Positions 36,733 through 47,172 of a stretch of 64,000 bases of DNA are shown piece after piece. The stretch's first letter is position 1; each line of letters begins with the position of its first letter. Made by a program: the position numbers and the translations under genes. Origin of the DNA: an uncultured Chlorobiaceae bacterium (GTDB taxonomy: Bacteria > Bacteroidota > Ignavibacteria > UBA10030 > SZUA-254). The notes below the pieces were generated by a model. It ran no database searches, had not been told where the DNA came from, and saw only the letters and a list, made by a program, of their open reading frames with translations. The DNA is taken from positions 39,603-103,602 of the forward strand of contig CAZFQL010000007.1 in NCBI GenBank assembly GCA_964520905.1, given 5' to 3'.

Positions 36733-39700
36733 ATGAAACTAGGCGAACAGGAAAATAAAAAGACTTTCGAGTATAAGCCCTCGGACTTCATGCGTGGACG
36801 AAGACCTGAGCTTTACTCTGACTCCAAGTACTTCGAAGAAGCACGGATTTCCAAGGAGGTATTTGAATATCATCTTGAGACACTTACGAGTAGAAAACAG
36901 GAAATTGAGTTTGAGCATTTTTGCAGAAGACTTGCCGAAAAGGAGATTTGCCCAAATCTCCTTCCCCAGACAGGACCAACTGGGGGTGGAGATAGTAAGG
37001 TAGATACAGAAACCTATCCGGTAGCGGACGAAATCTCTGAGAGATGGTATGAAGGCTTTGGAAAAGCGGCGGGCATGGAGCGTTGGGGATTCGCATTTAG
37101 TGCCAAGGAGGACTGGCGCTCTAAAGTTAACGGAGATATTAAGAAAATCGCAAAAACAGGAAAGGGATATAAGCAAGCATTTTTTATTACAAATCAATTT
37201 GTGAAGGATAATGTAAGAGCAGATGTTGAAGCAAAGCTGGAAAAAGAGCATGGTATTCCAGTACGCATCTTAGATCGCAGTTGGATAATGAAATCCGTCT
37301 TTGAACACCGTCGTTTAGATATTGCAATTGAAACGTTGAGACTCGAAGGTGTATCTTCCCACGCAAGAATGATCTTAGGACCTAACGACGTGGCTCGGAA
37401 AACCGAGTTGGAAGAATTGGAAAATAGCATCCAGGATCCAGAAAAATACAAAGGATTAGATTATCAATTAGCCGAAGATTGTTTACGAGCAGCCATTCTC
37501 GCACGTGGGCTGGAATTACCAAGAGTTGAAATTGATGGACGGTTTGAGCGAGCAAAGCGAATCGCAGAAAAAGCCGGAATCCCTAAACAGAGAGCCCGAA
37601 TCATTTATATGGAAGCGTGGACGGCTCACTGGTGGTATGATGATTTTGGAAAACTTAATAGTCTATATAAGGAAATTGAAGATTTAACGGTTGAATCCAA
37701 TCAGGCATCAGAGCTTGAGCGGTTAGTTAATCTCTGGCAGATTCTTAATACCGCAGTGCATGTCGGTTCATTGGATCAGGATGTAGCTCAAATCGAAGAG
37801 AGAACTTCAAGACTTCAAAAAGCACTAAATCAACTTGCAGCAGATTCTACTCGACCAACAAATGCTCTTGAGGCTCAAGCACTCAGAGTTTACATGGATA
37901 TCACCAGGGTGCTGAATACACCGCATGAGTTGACCCGTATCTTGAACCAGATTAGGTCAATCATCATAGGGAGTGAAAATCTTCATGCTTTTCCTGCTGA
38001 TCCACTTAGTAGAATTGTTCGTGAACTGGGCGACTTTTTGTCAGACAATGCAGAATACGATGTTTTGCTTGAAACCGTAGTAGCAACTGCTGAGAAGCGA
38101 AAAAGTGAAGGTGAAGCTGGTCGTATCCTGCTAGAGCGTGGTATTCAGAAATTCCAAGCAGGAAAAACATACGAGGCAATAGAGTATTTTGGACGAGCAA
38201 GGCGTAAACTTGCCAAAGAAGAATACCAGCAGGAATTGATTTCCGTTCTTGCTGGTTTGACGATGACGTATGAAAAAGCTGGTCTCTTATGGGCCGCTCG
38301 GGGTTGTGTCCTTGCTGCGGCGAACGAACTCTTCTCTACGTTTGTGAAGGACGGTAAAATCGAGAAACGCGTTCTGAAGTACTTTATGAGAATGGTATGG
38401 ATAGAACTGCAACTTGGTCGAATTCCACCCGCCCTGTCTTGGATGGATATGGCGCATTTAGTTGCTAGTCAAGTTCTCACAACTGAAGAAGAAAAAGAAA
38501 CTTATGAGGCTCAACGTGATGCTCAATCGTTATTTATTGGCATTATATTTCTTCGTATGGATGTTTCTAACCTAAAGTGGCTTGATTTTTTACCTGAAGT
38601 CATTGAAAGGCGTGGGTTGAATACTGCATGGTTCTCACTTCTTTATGCGCTCGGTTATGAAGATTACCTCCGAGCACAGAAAGTTATTCCAGAGACCGAG
38701 AGTAGTGAATCAATTCAAGAAATGTTCATTGAGGGTACAACAGGTTCAAAAAGTGAGGATATACCAGAATGTTCTGAACTATTCCTCCAAAGAAGGGTAG
38801 TGTTTCACTCGTGTGTTCTTGGCTGTCAAGTAGTTGTTGATCTCGAAAATTCATTATCTTCTATTTATTTGGCTGAGACTATCTTAGCCGCACTGGAATC
38901 TTTTCTTGCTACAAGCCTTTCTGACTTTATGCCGATAAGATCCGAATTCAGGATCTATCTAAATGAATCCCATAGCTTAAAAGAAATCAAGAAGCCTGAG
39001 ACGAAAGAAGATGAAGGAACACCAATCTTAGTAATTACACATCCTGAAGGATTTGATTACAATTCAAAGGAAGAGCATGAACGGTTCGGTGATTGGTTAT
39101 TAGAAACAGTTATGACAATTGTATTTCATATTGGTATAACTGATAAACCTGTTGAGCATTTCAAGAAGCGCATCCTTGATGAGGATTTGTTAAGTCGTGC
39201 TTTTGATTTCACAAACATTGGGACGATGACGGAAAATATCCTTGGTACACGTTCTGGTTACTCAATCTCAGATTGGGAAAGCGAGAAAGTCTCAGAACGA
39301 TTTCCAATTAGAAGGGATTTCCCTTGGAACCACGGGCTTCAAATGCCTAAGCCAATGGGGAGTATTGAAGTGGAAAACAAACTTGCAAGTCTTAAGCATA
39401 CAAAAGAACCTCCATCGCTGGATGAGATGAAGCATAAAGATCAGAAAGTGTTCTCAATTATTGAACCGTCTCTGTGGAACAAAGCTGGGTGGCAAGGAAC
39501 ACTTTTTATCACCGAACCAACATATCACGAGCCACCATGGTTGTGTGTTTTATTTAAAAATGCAGATGCTGGAATCCAAATCTTCGAAAAATGGCAAAAA
39601 GAAATAGGCCATAAGGATCTCTCAGAGAAAATTCAAATATCAATCATACGAGGAATTGATAGACAGAATCCTGCCCATTACGCCGTATTCATTGGAATCA

Positions 39701-40080
39701 ACGATAAAGTCCTCATAACTGAACCAGTTGGTAAAAGATTTGTTATAGCATCACGCTTTCATCGTATGGCTCCCAACGATACCCTGAATCTCGATCGCTT
39801 CTTAGATAATTATGAACACGTTAAGACTTATCTTCTGGCACCGGCTAATGCTTCTGGTCCTTATAGCAGGCCCACGATAAATAATAAGCTAGGAATACTT
39901 AAGAAGCAGTTAAGGGTAATTGAGGCATGGCAATTGTGTGAAAATGATATGGAAATTTGCGTGGTTGAGAATCCTGATAATGTGATCGTCCCCGATGGTG
40001 TCACTGATAATCCTATCAAGCACGCATTTAAAGAATTGTCTGAACGTAGAAAGAAAATAAAGCCTTCAAATGCTGACTGA
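36733..40080 (+). CDS. Large (1115 aa) protein: N-terminal Mrr-type PD-(D/E)xK restriction-endonuclease-like domain, long alpha-helical (TPR-like) middle region, uncharacterised C-terminal domain
   Basis: Residues ~55-165 FEHFCRRLAEKEICPNLLPQTGPTGGGDSKVD...WGFAFSAKEDW...GYKQAFFITNQFV follow the Mrr_cat order: FE..L, G-x-G-D-x-x-x-D, [QS]-x-K, then vFvTts.F. The ~600-aa middle region is helix-rich, and the C-terminal ~300 aa have no recognisable motifs. No P-loop was found. Confidence 0.55.
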   Translation: MKLGEQENKKTFEYKPSDFMRGRRPELYSDSKYFEEARISKEVFEYHLETLTSRKQEIEFEHFCRRLAEKEICPNLLPQTGPTGGGDSKVDTETYPVADEISERWYEGFGKAAGMERWGFAFSAKEDWRSKVNGDIKKIAKTGKGYKQAFFITNQFVKDNVRADVEAKLEKEHGIPVRILDRSWIMKSVFEHRRLDIAIETLRLEGVSSHARMILGPNDVARKTELEELENSIQDPEKYKGLDYQLAEDCLRAAILARGLELPRVEIDGRFERAKRIAEKAGIPKQRARIIYMEAWTAHWWYDDFGKLNSLYKEIEDLTVESNQASELERLVNLWQILNTAVHVGSLDQDVAQIEERTSRLQKALNQLAADSTRPTNALEAQALRVYMDITRVLNTPHELTRILNQIRSIIIGSENLHAFPADPLSRIVRELGDFLSDNAEYDVLLETVVATAEKRKSEGEAGRILLERGIQKFQAGKTYEAIEYFGRARRKLAKEEYQQELISVLAGLTMTYEKAGLLWAARGCVLAAANELFSTFVKDGKIEKRVLKYFMRMVWIELQLGRIPPALSWMDMAHLVASQVLTTEEEKETYEAQRDAQSLFIGIIFLRMDVSNLKWLDFLPEVIERRGLNTAWFSLLYALGYEDYLRAQKVIPETESSESIQEMFIEGTTGSKSEDIPECSELFLQRRVVFHSCVLGCQVVVDLENSLSSIYLAETILAALESFLATSLSDFMPIRSEFRIYLNESHSLKEIKKPETKEDEGTPILVITHPEGFDYNSKEEHERFGDWLLETVMTIVFHIGITDKPVEHFKKRILDEDLLSRAFDFTNIGTMTENILGTRSGYSISDWESEKVSERFPIRRDFPWNHGLQMPKPMGSIEVENKLASLKHTKEPPSLDEMKHKDQKVFSIIEPSLWNKAGWQGTLFITEPTYHEPPWLCVLFKNADAGIQIFEKWQKEIGHKDLSEKIQISIIRGIDRQNPAHYAVFIGINDKVLITEPVGKRFVIASRFHRMAPNDTLNLDRFLDNYEHVKTYLLAPANASGPYSRPTINNKLGILKKQLRVIEAWQLCENDMEICVVENPDNVIVPDGVTDNPIKHAFKELSERRKKIKPSNAD

Positions 40081-40221
40081 CACCCCAACTCAAATCTAGT
40101 AAGGTGACGGTTTTACGTTGCAGTGCACGCCAAAACTTTTCCCCTTGTGAAGTGGAACATCCCGCTGAAAGCGGGAGTGGTAAATACAAAAGGGGTCAGA
40201 TAAGACAAGGAATAAAATAGT

Positions 40222-41715
40222 TCATTTCCAACTCTTCAAAAACTCCACAAGCAAACGCACACCAACACCTGAGCCGCCTTTGGGTGCGTATGGGTGCTGT
40301 TCTTCGAGCATCGCTGTTCCTGCGATATCGAGATGAACCCATTTATAATCACCTATAAATTTCTTCAGGAAAAATCCTGCGGTGATTGCACCAGCCCATT
40401 TGCCTCCGACATTTTTCACATCGGCAATGTCGCTCTTGATTTGTTTTTCGTATTCATCGAAAAGCGGTAATTGCCATACCCGCTCAAAAATTTTATCGCC
40501 TGCGGTTTTCAATTTTGCCATCAATTCTTCATCGTTGCCCATCATGCCGGTTGCGTGCATGCCAAGCGCAACCACACATGCACCCGTGAGTGTCGCAAGA
40601 TCGATGACGGCTTTTGGTTTATATGTTGCCGCATACGCTAAAGCATCAGCTAGAATGAGCCGACCTTCGGCATCTGTATTATCAACTTCAGATGTCTTGC
40701 CGCCGTAATGCCTAATGATGTCGCCGGGTTTCATCGCCGAGCCGCTCGGTAGATTTTCTGTTGCAGGAATCAATCCAACAAGATGAACGGGCAATTTCAA
40801 TCGCACTGCCGCTTCCATCGTTCCAATTACTGCCGCCGCACCCGACATATCCATCTTCATCTCAGCCATCCCGTTAGATGGTTTGATGGAAATACCACCA
40901 CTATCGAAAGTGACACCTTTTCCAACCAACACAATAGTATCGAGGTTTTTCTTGTCAGCATTTTGCTCAAGGATGATGAAGCGGGGAGGTCTCGTACTGC
41001 CTGCGTTCACAGCGAGGAGTCCGCCGAATTCTTCCTTCTCGATCTTCCTTTTATCCCAGATTGTTATGTTATATCCATATTGCTCGGCAGATTTCTTGGC
41101 TGCATTTGCCAATGTTTCGGGATAAATCTCGCAGGCGGGGGCGTTGGCAAGGTCTCTTGCTAAATTTGTCGCTTCACAGATGATTCGGACATCGTTAAGT
41201 TCTTTCTTTACATCTTTGACAATTGACTCGGCAGGATCGGAAATTGTAATTTCAATAATCTTGCTCAGCTCATCTTTCTTTTTCGTCTGGTATTTATCAA
41301 ATTTATAGAGTGATAGATAAGCGCCTTCAGCGATTGCATGAGAGATTTTCCTGCTGTCGGTTTGACCAAAAGCCGGAAGATTAAAAGCAAGATGTTTGAT
41401 GCGCGATGATTGTGCCTGTCTTGCTACAGCGGCAGATGCACGGCGGTAGCTTTCGTGAGATAGTTTTTTCTCTTCACCGAGTCCGACAAGATATAATCGT
41501 GGAGCGGTTAATTTCTTGTCCGTCAGGATGGAAAGAACTACTGCTTCCTTTCCTTTGAAGTTTTCAAGCGCGATGATTGTATCGATTCTCTTTCCCAGAA
41601 TCTTTCTCAGATTGGCGATCTCCTGCTGGAATAGTTTTTTATCTTCCCGGACAAAAACCGTGACGGCATCGGCTTTAATTTGTCGTAATGTCGATTTCTG
41701 TGCTGTTAATCTCAT
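40222..41715 (-). CDS. pepA: Leucyl/cytosol aminopeptidase (M17 family)
   Basis: 497 aa. M17 signature NTDAEGRL and VGKGVTFDSGG. Confidence 0.85.
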   Translation of the reverse strand: MRLTAQKSTLRQIKADAVTVFVREDKKLFQQEIANLRKILGKRIDTIIALENFKGKEAVVLSILTDKKLTAPRLYLVGLGEEKKLSHESYRRASAAVARQAQSSRIKHLAFNLPAFGQTDSRKISHAIAEGAYLSLYKFDKYQTKKKDELSKIIEITISDPAESIVKDVKKELNDVRIICEATNLARDLANAPACEIYPETLANAAKKSAEQYGYNITIWDKRKIEKEEFGGLLAVNAGSTRPPRFIILEQNADKKNLDTIVLVGKGVTFDSGGISIKPSNGMAEMKMDMSGAAAVIGTMEAAVRLKLPVHLVGLIPATENLPSGSAMKPGDIIRHYGGKTSEVDNTDAEGRLILADALAYAATYKPKAVIDLATLTGACVVALGMHATGMMGNDEELMAKLKTAGDKIFERVWQLPLFDEYEKQIKSDIADVKNVGGKWAGAITAGFFLKKFIGDYKWVHLDIAGTAMLEEQHPYAPKGGSGVGVRLLVEFLKSWK

Positions 41716-41829
41716 ATTAATAATCCTTATATTTACGATTCAAGTTTCATGTTTCACGTCTCAAAATGCAGGTTATGTCAAAACAATAATCCGTCAATCC
41801 ATCAATTATTCCACCACTCCAATACTCAA

Positions 41830-42822
41830 CTACTCTGTACTCATATACTTTCCTGCTTTCTCTATGACAAGCGGAATAACCTCATCGAGCTTTTTATCGA
41901 AAAGTCGAGCTCCGGCGGCATTGAGGTGACCGTTGCCGTTAAATTCTTTTGCCAGTTCGTTGATTGGAATATTTCCTTTTGAGCGGAAACTGATCTTAAC
42001 CCCGTTATGAAGCTCGTTGATAAGAACACCGACAACTACTCCTTTAATGCTCATCGGGTAAACTGTAAAGTTATCTGTATCAACTTCTGTCGTGTTTGTT
42101 CCCTGAAACATTTTTTGCGTGCAGATCATGTAAGCGAGTCTGCCGTCGTACTCGGTCTTGAGTGTATCGAGGGCTTCACCGAGAAGACGCATCCGTCCTT
42201 GAGTCCAATTCTCATAAACATTGACGAAAATTTCGGTTGGATCCGCGCCCGCCTCGATGAGTTGTGCGATTGCATTGTGAGTTTCGGCATCGGTTCGCGG
42301 GTATCGAAACGATCCCGTGTCGGTCATGATCGCAGTATAAAGTGCAACGGCAATTTCTTTATCGATAGTGACTTCATTAATCTCTTTCAGCATCTTATAA
42401 ATTATTTCTCCGGTAGATGTAGCATCATTGTCGATGAGATAATGATCGCCGAATGGGTGCGGCTCGAGATGATGATCGATTACAATCTTGATCGCCTTGG
42501 ATTGCTTTACAAACGGTTCGAGGCTTCTTAACCGGTCCGGTTGATTGACATCGAGAATGAAAATAATATCGGCGTTAAGAATATGATCGCGATGCTGTTC
42601 AGGTATGAATTGCAGGATATTCTTTTCCGGATCAAGCCATAAATAGTTATCGGGTGTTGTATTATGGTTGATGATGACAGCGTTTTTCCCGAGTTGTGTG
42701 AGAACTGCTCTCATTGCGAGTTCACAGCCGAGCGCATCCCCGTCGGGATTGACGTGGGTTGTTATGACGAAGTTCTGGTGCTGGCTAATTAGGGATTCGA
42801 TCTGTTTTAAATCTGAAATCAT
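41830..42822 (-). CDS. nrnA: DHH-family phosphoesterase, NrnA-like (oligoribonuclease/pAp phosphatase)
   Basis: 330 aa. DHH motifs HVNPDGDALG and IDHH. DHHA1-like C-terminus GGGH (NGNGHLNAAGA). Confidence 0.7.
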   Translation of the reverse strand: MISDLKQIESLISQHQNFVITTHVNPDGDALGCELAMRAVLTQLGKNAVIINHNTTPDNYLWLDPEKNILQFIPEQHRDHILNADIIFILDVNQPDRLRSLEPFVKQSKAIKIVIDHHLEPHPFGDHYLIDNDATSTGEIIYKMLKEINEVTIDKEIAVALYTAIMTDTGSFRYPRTDAETHNAIAQLIEAGADPTEIFVNVYENWTQGRMRLLGEALDTLKTEYDGRLAYMICTQKMFQGTNTTEVDTDNFTVYPMSIKGVVVGVLINELHNGVKISFRSKGNIPINELAKEFNGNGHLNAAGARLFDKKLDEVIPLVIEKAGKYMSTE

Positions 42823-42879
42823 TGAGCAATATAATAAAAATAAGTCAGAATTATGATAATAATTATCTCATCTTGTTCT

Positions 42880-42907
42880 ATGAAAAAGGCGAGAATCTCT
42901 TCTCGCC
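42880..42907 (-). terminator. Rho-independent terminator downstream of korB
   Basis: On the minus strand: GGCGAGAA-gaga-TTCTCGCC followed by TTTTTCAT (plus-strand stem 42888-42907, A-run 42882-42887). Confidence 0.6.
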
Positions 42908-42942
42908 TGCATTGACGTGTGTATTAACACCCTGTCATGATA

Positions 42943-43992
42943 TTATTTAATCGTCCAGGTCTCGCCGTGTTTCAATAATTTTTCTAAATCCCCGATGCCT
43001 TGTTTTGCAATCGCCTTGTCTATTTGTTCAGTTACCACGTCATCATAAAGCGGTCTGCCGACTGCATAAAAGATTCCGATTGGCTGCGGGAGTTCCGGGA
43101 TATTCGACATACGGGCGAGAATGAAAGAGAGCATTGTATCTTTTTCATTATGGATGATCAAATCGCTGACGGAATATTTTCCATCCTTCAGAGATACTAC
43201 TGTTGGTGTGAAACCTTCGAGTTTGATTCCTTTATCTTTTTCTTTTCCGAATATCATCGGTTTGTCATGTTCAAGGTAAACGACGTTATCCTCTTTTGTT
43301 TCTTTCTCGGTCAAGGTGGAAAATGCGCCGTCGTTAAACACATTGCAGTTTTGATATATTTCCACAAAGGAAGTCCCTTGATGTTCCGCCGCTCGTTTGA
43401 TGACTGTTTGTAAATGTTTCGGATCGCGATCGAGTGAACGTGCTACAAACGATGCTTCTGCGCCGAGCGCAACGAGCAATGGATTGAAAGGATGATCGGG
43501 AGCGCCATACGGACTCGATTTGGTGATTTTACCGAACTCCGAAGTAGGAGAGTATTGTCCTTTCGTGAGTCCGTAAATTTGATTGTTGAAGAGGAGAATC
43601 TTTACGTTAATATTTCGCCGGCAAATGTGTATAAAATGATTTCCGCCTATGCTTAGTCCATCACCATCACCGGTAGCAACCCATACTGAGAGATCAGGGC
43701 GCGCAACTTTTAAACCGCTGGCAATCGCAGCCGCTCTTCCGTGGATGCCGTGGAATCCATAAGTATCTAAATAATACGGGAAACGACTTGAACACCCTAT
43801 ACCTGAAACAAAAACAAGATTGTGTCTCGGAATATTAAGTTCAGGAAGTACACGCTGAACTTGCGCAAGAATGGAATAATCGCCGCAGCCGGGGCACCAG
43901 CGAACATCCTGATCTGACTGGAAATCTTTTGCAGTGTATTTCTTCGTCGGAATAATCGGCGCATCTTTTATTATTTTATCTACTAATTTCAT
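42943..43992 (-). CDS. korB: 2-oxoacid (2-oxoglutarate/pyruvate):ferredoxin oxidoreductase, beta (TPP-binding) subunit
   Basis: 349 aa. N-terminal CPGCGDY cysteine motif and the TPP-binding region GDGDGLSIGGNHFIH. Confidence 0.85.
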   Translation of the reverse strand: MKLVDKIIKDAPIIPTKKYTAKDFQSDQDVRWCPGCGDYSILAQVQRVLPELNIPRHNLVFVSGIGCSSRFPYYLDTYGFHGIHGRAAAIASGLKVARPDLSVWVATGDGDGLSIGGNHFIHICRRNINVKILLFNNQIYGLTKGQYSPTSEFGKITKSSPYGAPDHPFNPLLVALGAEASFVARSLDRDPKHLQTVIKRAAEHQGTSFVEIYQNCNVFNDGAFSTLTEKETKEDNVVYLEHDKPMIFGKEKDKGIKLEGFTPTVVSLKDGKYSVSDLIIHNEKDTMLSFILARMSNIPELPQPIGIFYAVGRPLYDDVVTEQIDKAIAKQGIGDLEKLLKHGETWTIK

Positions 43993-44001
43993 CGTAATCG
44001 C

Positions 44002-45831
44002 TCACTTCAGAATTTCATCTATCTTCTGTTCAATTTCAATTGCTCTAAATGGGAGTCCCTGAACTTTATTCAATTTGATTACAGGAATCAAATATTTAGC
44101 TTGAAGAAGTAACGCAAGCTGTCCGAGGTTTAGCTCGGGGACCAATATTTTCTTAAAGTTCTTGAGGATATCTCCTATGTTTCTTTGGAATGGATAAACA
44201 TACTTCAAGTGTAAATGCGAAACAGATTTACCTTGCCGGCGTTTCTCCTCCACGGCAGTCTTAATAGCCCCGTAAGTTCCACCCCAACCTACAACGAGTA
44301 GATCACCTTTCTCATCGCCTTCGACTTTTGCCAGCGGAATGTAATTCGCAATGCGGTCGACTTTTTCCTGTCGAATTTTAACCATCAACTCATGATTTTC
44401 AGCATCGTAGCTTACGTTGCCGGTGATGTTTTCTTTTTCCAATCCGCCGATTCTGTGTTCGAGTCCGGGAGTTCCAGGAATAGCCCAAGGTCGTGCAAGT
44501 GTTTTTTCATCCCGCATGTAAGGGAAAAATCCATTCGGATCCGTTCGGAATTTTGTCAGGATATCCGGTAATGATTTTACAGGTGGAATCAACCAAGGTT
44601 CGGCTCCGTTGGCAATGTAACCATCGGTAAGTAGAATTACCGGTGTCATATGTTCAATTGCCAATTTAACAGCTTCATAAGCGGCATCGAAACATCCCGC
44701 AGGAGTACATGCAGCGAGAACGGGAATCGGCGCCTCGCTGTTCCTGCCATGAACAGCTTGAAGAAGATCCGCTTGTTCGGTTTTGGTCGGCAAGCCCGTG
44801 CTTGGTCCGCCGCGCTGTACATCGACGATCACGAGAGGTAATTCCAGCATCACCGCAAGTCCCATGGCTTCTGTCTTCAACGCCATACCGGGACCGCTTG
44901 TAGTTGTAACACCGATTGCCCCGCCATATGATGCACCGATAGCGGAATTGATACCGGCAATTTCATCTTCAGCTTGAAAAGTTTTAACGCGGAAATTTTT
45001 GTGTTTAGCCAACTCATGAAGAATTTCACTTGCCGGTGTTATTGGATAACTGCCGAGGAATAAATCCAATTCAGATTTGACTGAAGCCGCAATCAATCCC
45101 CAAGCAACAGCTTCATTGCCCGTTACACTACGGTATGTACCCGGTTTTAAAGCGGCGGCTTCAACTTCGTAGTGAGCGTGGAAGATTTCGGTCGTTTCGC
45201 CGAATGCGTATCCCGCTTTCAGAACTCGGATGTTTGCTTCGACCAATTCAAGTGTTTTACTAAATTTTTCCTGAATCCACCTGATAGTGGATTCCATCGG
45301 ACGCGTGTACATCCAGTACATCATGCCGAGAGCGAAGAAATTTTTACTCCGTTCTGCAATTTTTGTAGATAGCCCAAGATCAAGAACGGCGTTCGTGGTT
45401 AATTTTGTTATGTCTACTGCATGAACTTGATATTTCTCCAACGATCCGTCATCTAAAGGATTTTTTTCGTAGCCGGCGAGTTTAAGATTCTTATCATTAA
45501 ATCCATCCCTGTTAGCGACGATAACACCGCCGTCGATCAGACTGCGTATGTTAACTTTCAGAGCCGCGGGGTTCATCGCAACCAATACATCGCATGTATC
45601 CCCCGGAGTGCTTATTTCTTTTTTACCGAAATGAATTTGGAAACCGCTTACGCCGAAGAGCGTTCCGGCAGGCGCACGAATCTCGGCGGGATAATCCGGC
45701 AGGGTGCTCAGGTCATTGCCAAGTAAAGCTGTAGTACTTGTGAATTGGGATCCGGTGAGTTGCATTCCGTCGCCGGAATCTCCTGCAAAACGAATCGTTA
45801 CTTCATCTAATTTCTTTAATTCTTTTGTCAT
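44002..45831 (-). CDS. korA: 2-oxoacid:ferredoxin oxidoreductase, alpha subunit
   Basis: 609 aa. Pyruvate-flavodoxin/ferredoxin oxidoreductase domains; adjacent to and co-oriented with korB. Confidence 0.8.
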   Translation of the reverse strand: MTKELKKLDEVTIRFAGDSGDGMQLTGSQFTSTTALLGNDLSTLPDYPAEIRAPAGTLFGVSGFQIHFGKKEISTPGDTCDVLVAMNPAALKVNIRSLIDGGVIVANRDGFNDKNLKLAGYEKNPLDDGSLEKYQVHAVDITKLTTNAVLDLGLSTKIAERSKNFFALGMMYWMYTRPMESTIRWIQEKFSKTLELVEANIRVLKAGYAFGETTEIFHAHYEVEAAALKPGTYRSVTGNEAVAWGLIAASVKSELDLFLGSYPITPASEILHELAKHKNFRVKTFQAEDEIAGINSAIGASYGGAIGVTTTSGPGMALKTEAMGLAVMLELPLVIVDVQRGGPSTGLPTKTEQADLLQAVHGRNSEAPIPVLAACTPAGCFDAAYEAVKLAIEHMTPVILLTDGYIANGAEPWLIPPVKSLPDILTKFRTDPNGFFPYMRDEKTLARPWAIPGTPGLEHRIGGLEKENITGNVSYDAENHELMVKIRQEKVDRIANYIPLAKVEGDEKGDLLVVGWGGTYGAIKTAVEEKRRQGKSVSHLHLKYVYPFQRNIGDILKNFKKILVPELNLGQLALLLQAKYLIPVIKLNKVQGLPFRAIEIEQKIDEILK

Positions 45832-46581
45832 CTATCCTAACTCACTCAAAAAAGGAAACCATTTAGCAAAATATCCGGACAGTAGTGTCAGGTAGTTTGT
45901 CATTATTAGAACACCGATTATGATCAATAAGATTCCACCGACTATTTCAACCTTATGAAGGTGTCGTTTGAATTTATTGAAGACATTAAAAAATGCGGAC
46001 AGACTTAGAGCAGTAAGAAAGAACGGTATCGCCAAACCTAAAGAGTAGGATGTAAGTAATAATATCCCTTGTCCGATTGTTTCCTGACGGCTTGCGAGTA
46101 CAAGAATGCCTGCAAGAATCGGTCCGATACAAGGAGTCCAGCCAAATGCGAAGGCAAAGCCGACGAGGAAAGCGCCGAGAAGACTAATTCTTTTTCCCTT
46201 AGTATGGAATCTCTTTTCATAATTCAGAAACGGAATTTTGAAAATTCCTGTCATATGAATTCCGAATATTATTATCAGACCACCGGCAATTTTACTTATT
46301 AAGTTCTGTTGTTCATGAAGAAATTGTCCGATGGCAGTCGCTGATGCGCCCAGACCGATGAAAACCAGAGAAAAGCCGAGTATAAAGAAAAGGGCATTCA
46401 GTATAATTCTTTTTCGGATCGCAGAACTGCTGTTGGTATTTTGCATCTCTTCAAATGACACACCTGAGATGAAGGAGAGATATCCGGGGACTATCGGGAG
46501 GACGCATGGGGAGATGAATGAGATTAACCCGAATACAAAAGCAGTGAGTATACCGACATTTTCCATATTAAATCCTATCAA
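45832..46581 (-). CDS. ccdA: Cytochrome c biogenesis / thiol-disulfide transfer membrane protein CcdA (DsbD-family)
   Basis: 249 aa, 6-7 TM helices. Conserved Cys pair in TM1/TM4 (SPCVLPIVPGYLSFISG ... WTPCIGPILAGIL). Confidence 0.7.
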   Translation of the reverse strand: MIGFNMENVGILTAFVFGLISFISPCVLPIVPGYLSFISGVSFEEMQNTNSSSAIRKRIILNALFFILGFSLVFIGLGASATAIGQFLHEQQNLISKIAGGLIIIFGIHMTGIFKIPFLNYEKRFHTKGKRISLLGAFLVGFAFAFGWTPCIGPILAGILVLASRQETIGQGILLLTSYSLGLAIPFFLTALSLSAFFNVFNKFKRHLHKVEIVGGILLIIIGVLIMTNYLTLLSGYFAKWFPFLSELG

Positions 46582-46705
46582 TTACTGACGATCACATGAT
46601 GAAATAAAATCCAAATAGAAAGCTCATCATAATCAGCTCTCCTAATCTCTTAGATGCAGATTGGATGAAAAAGATTTCACTCCCGGGGTTAAAGTTCGAG
46701 AGTAA

Positions 46706-47149
46706 TCACTCTCGAACCACCCAGATTTTTACCTTACCGGCAACCTCGGTATGAAGTTTAATATTTACTGTATATATACCAAGCGCTTTGATTGGTTCAT
46801 CAAGTTCGATGATCCGCTTATCAATGGTTAATCCTTTTTCAAGGAGTGCGTCAGCGATCATCTGAGACGTAACCGATCCGAAAAGTTTTTCATCTTCACC
46901 TACTTTTACTTTTAATGTAACCGAAATTTTTTCCAGTTCCGATGCCATCTTCTTAGAATGCTGTAATGCACGTGTTTGATTTGAAGTATGCTGCTTCTTT
47001 TCCTCTTCCAGCTTGCGAAGATTGCCGGCATTTGCGAGAAAACCGATGTTTCTCGGAATCAGGTAGTTGCGGGCATAACCATCTTTAACTTCGACGACAT
47101 CCCCGGTTTTTCCTAATTTTTCGAAATCTTGTCGTAATATGATTTTCAT
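46706..47149 (-). CDS. rplI: 50S ribosomal protein L9
   Basis: 147 aa. MKIILRQDFEKLGKTGDVVEVKDGYARNYLIP is canonical L9. Confidence 0.9.
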   Translation of the reverse strand: MKIILRQDFEKLGKTGDVVEVKDGYARNYLIPRNIGFLANAGNLRKLEEEKKQHTSNQTRALQHSKKMASELEKISVTLKVKVGEDEKLFGSVTSQMIADALLEKGLTIDKRIIELDEPIKALGIYTVNIKLHTEVAGKVKIWVVRE

Positions 47150-47172
47150 AATGTTCCTTTTATGGTCGTAGT

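Noticed and set aside
40141-40195. Possible terminator between the convergent 1115-aa gene and pepA (hairpin CCCGCT-gaa-AGCGGG within an outer CCCCTT...AAGGGG pairing).
   Set aside because: There is no U-run on either strand after the stems, so an intrinsic terminator cannot be supported confidently. It is left as an unannotated structure.
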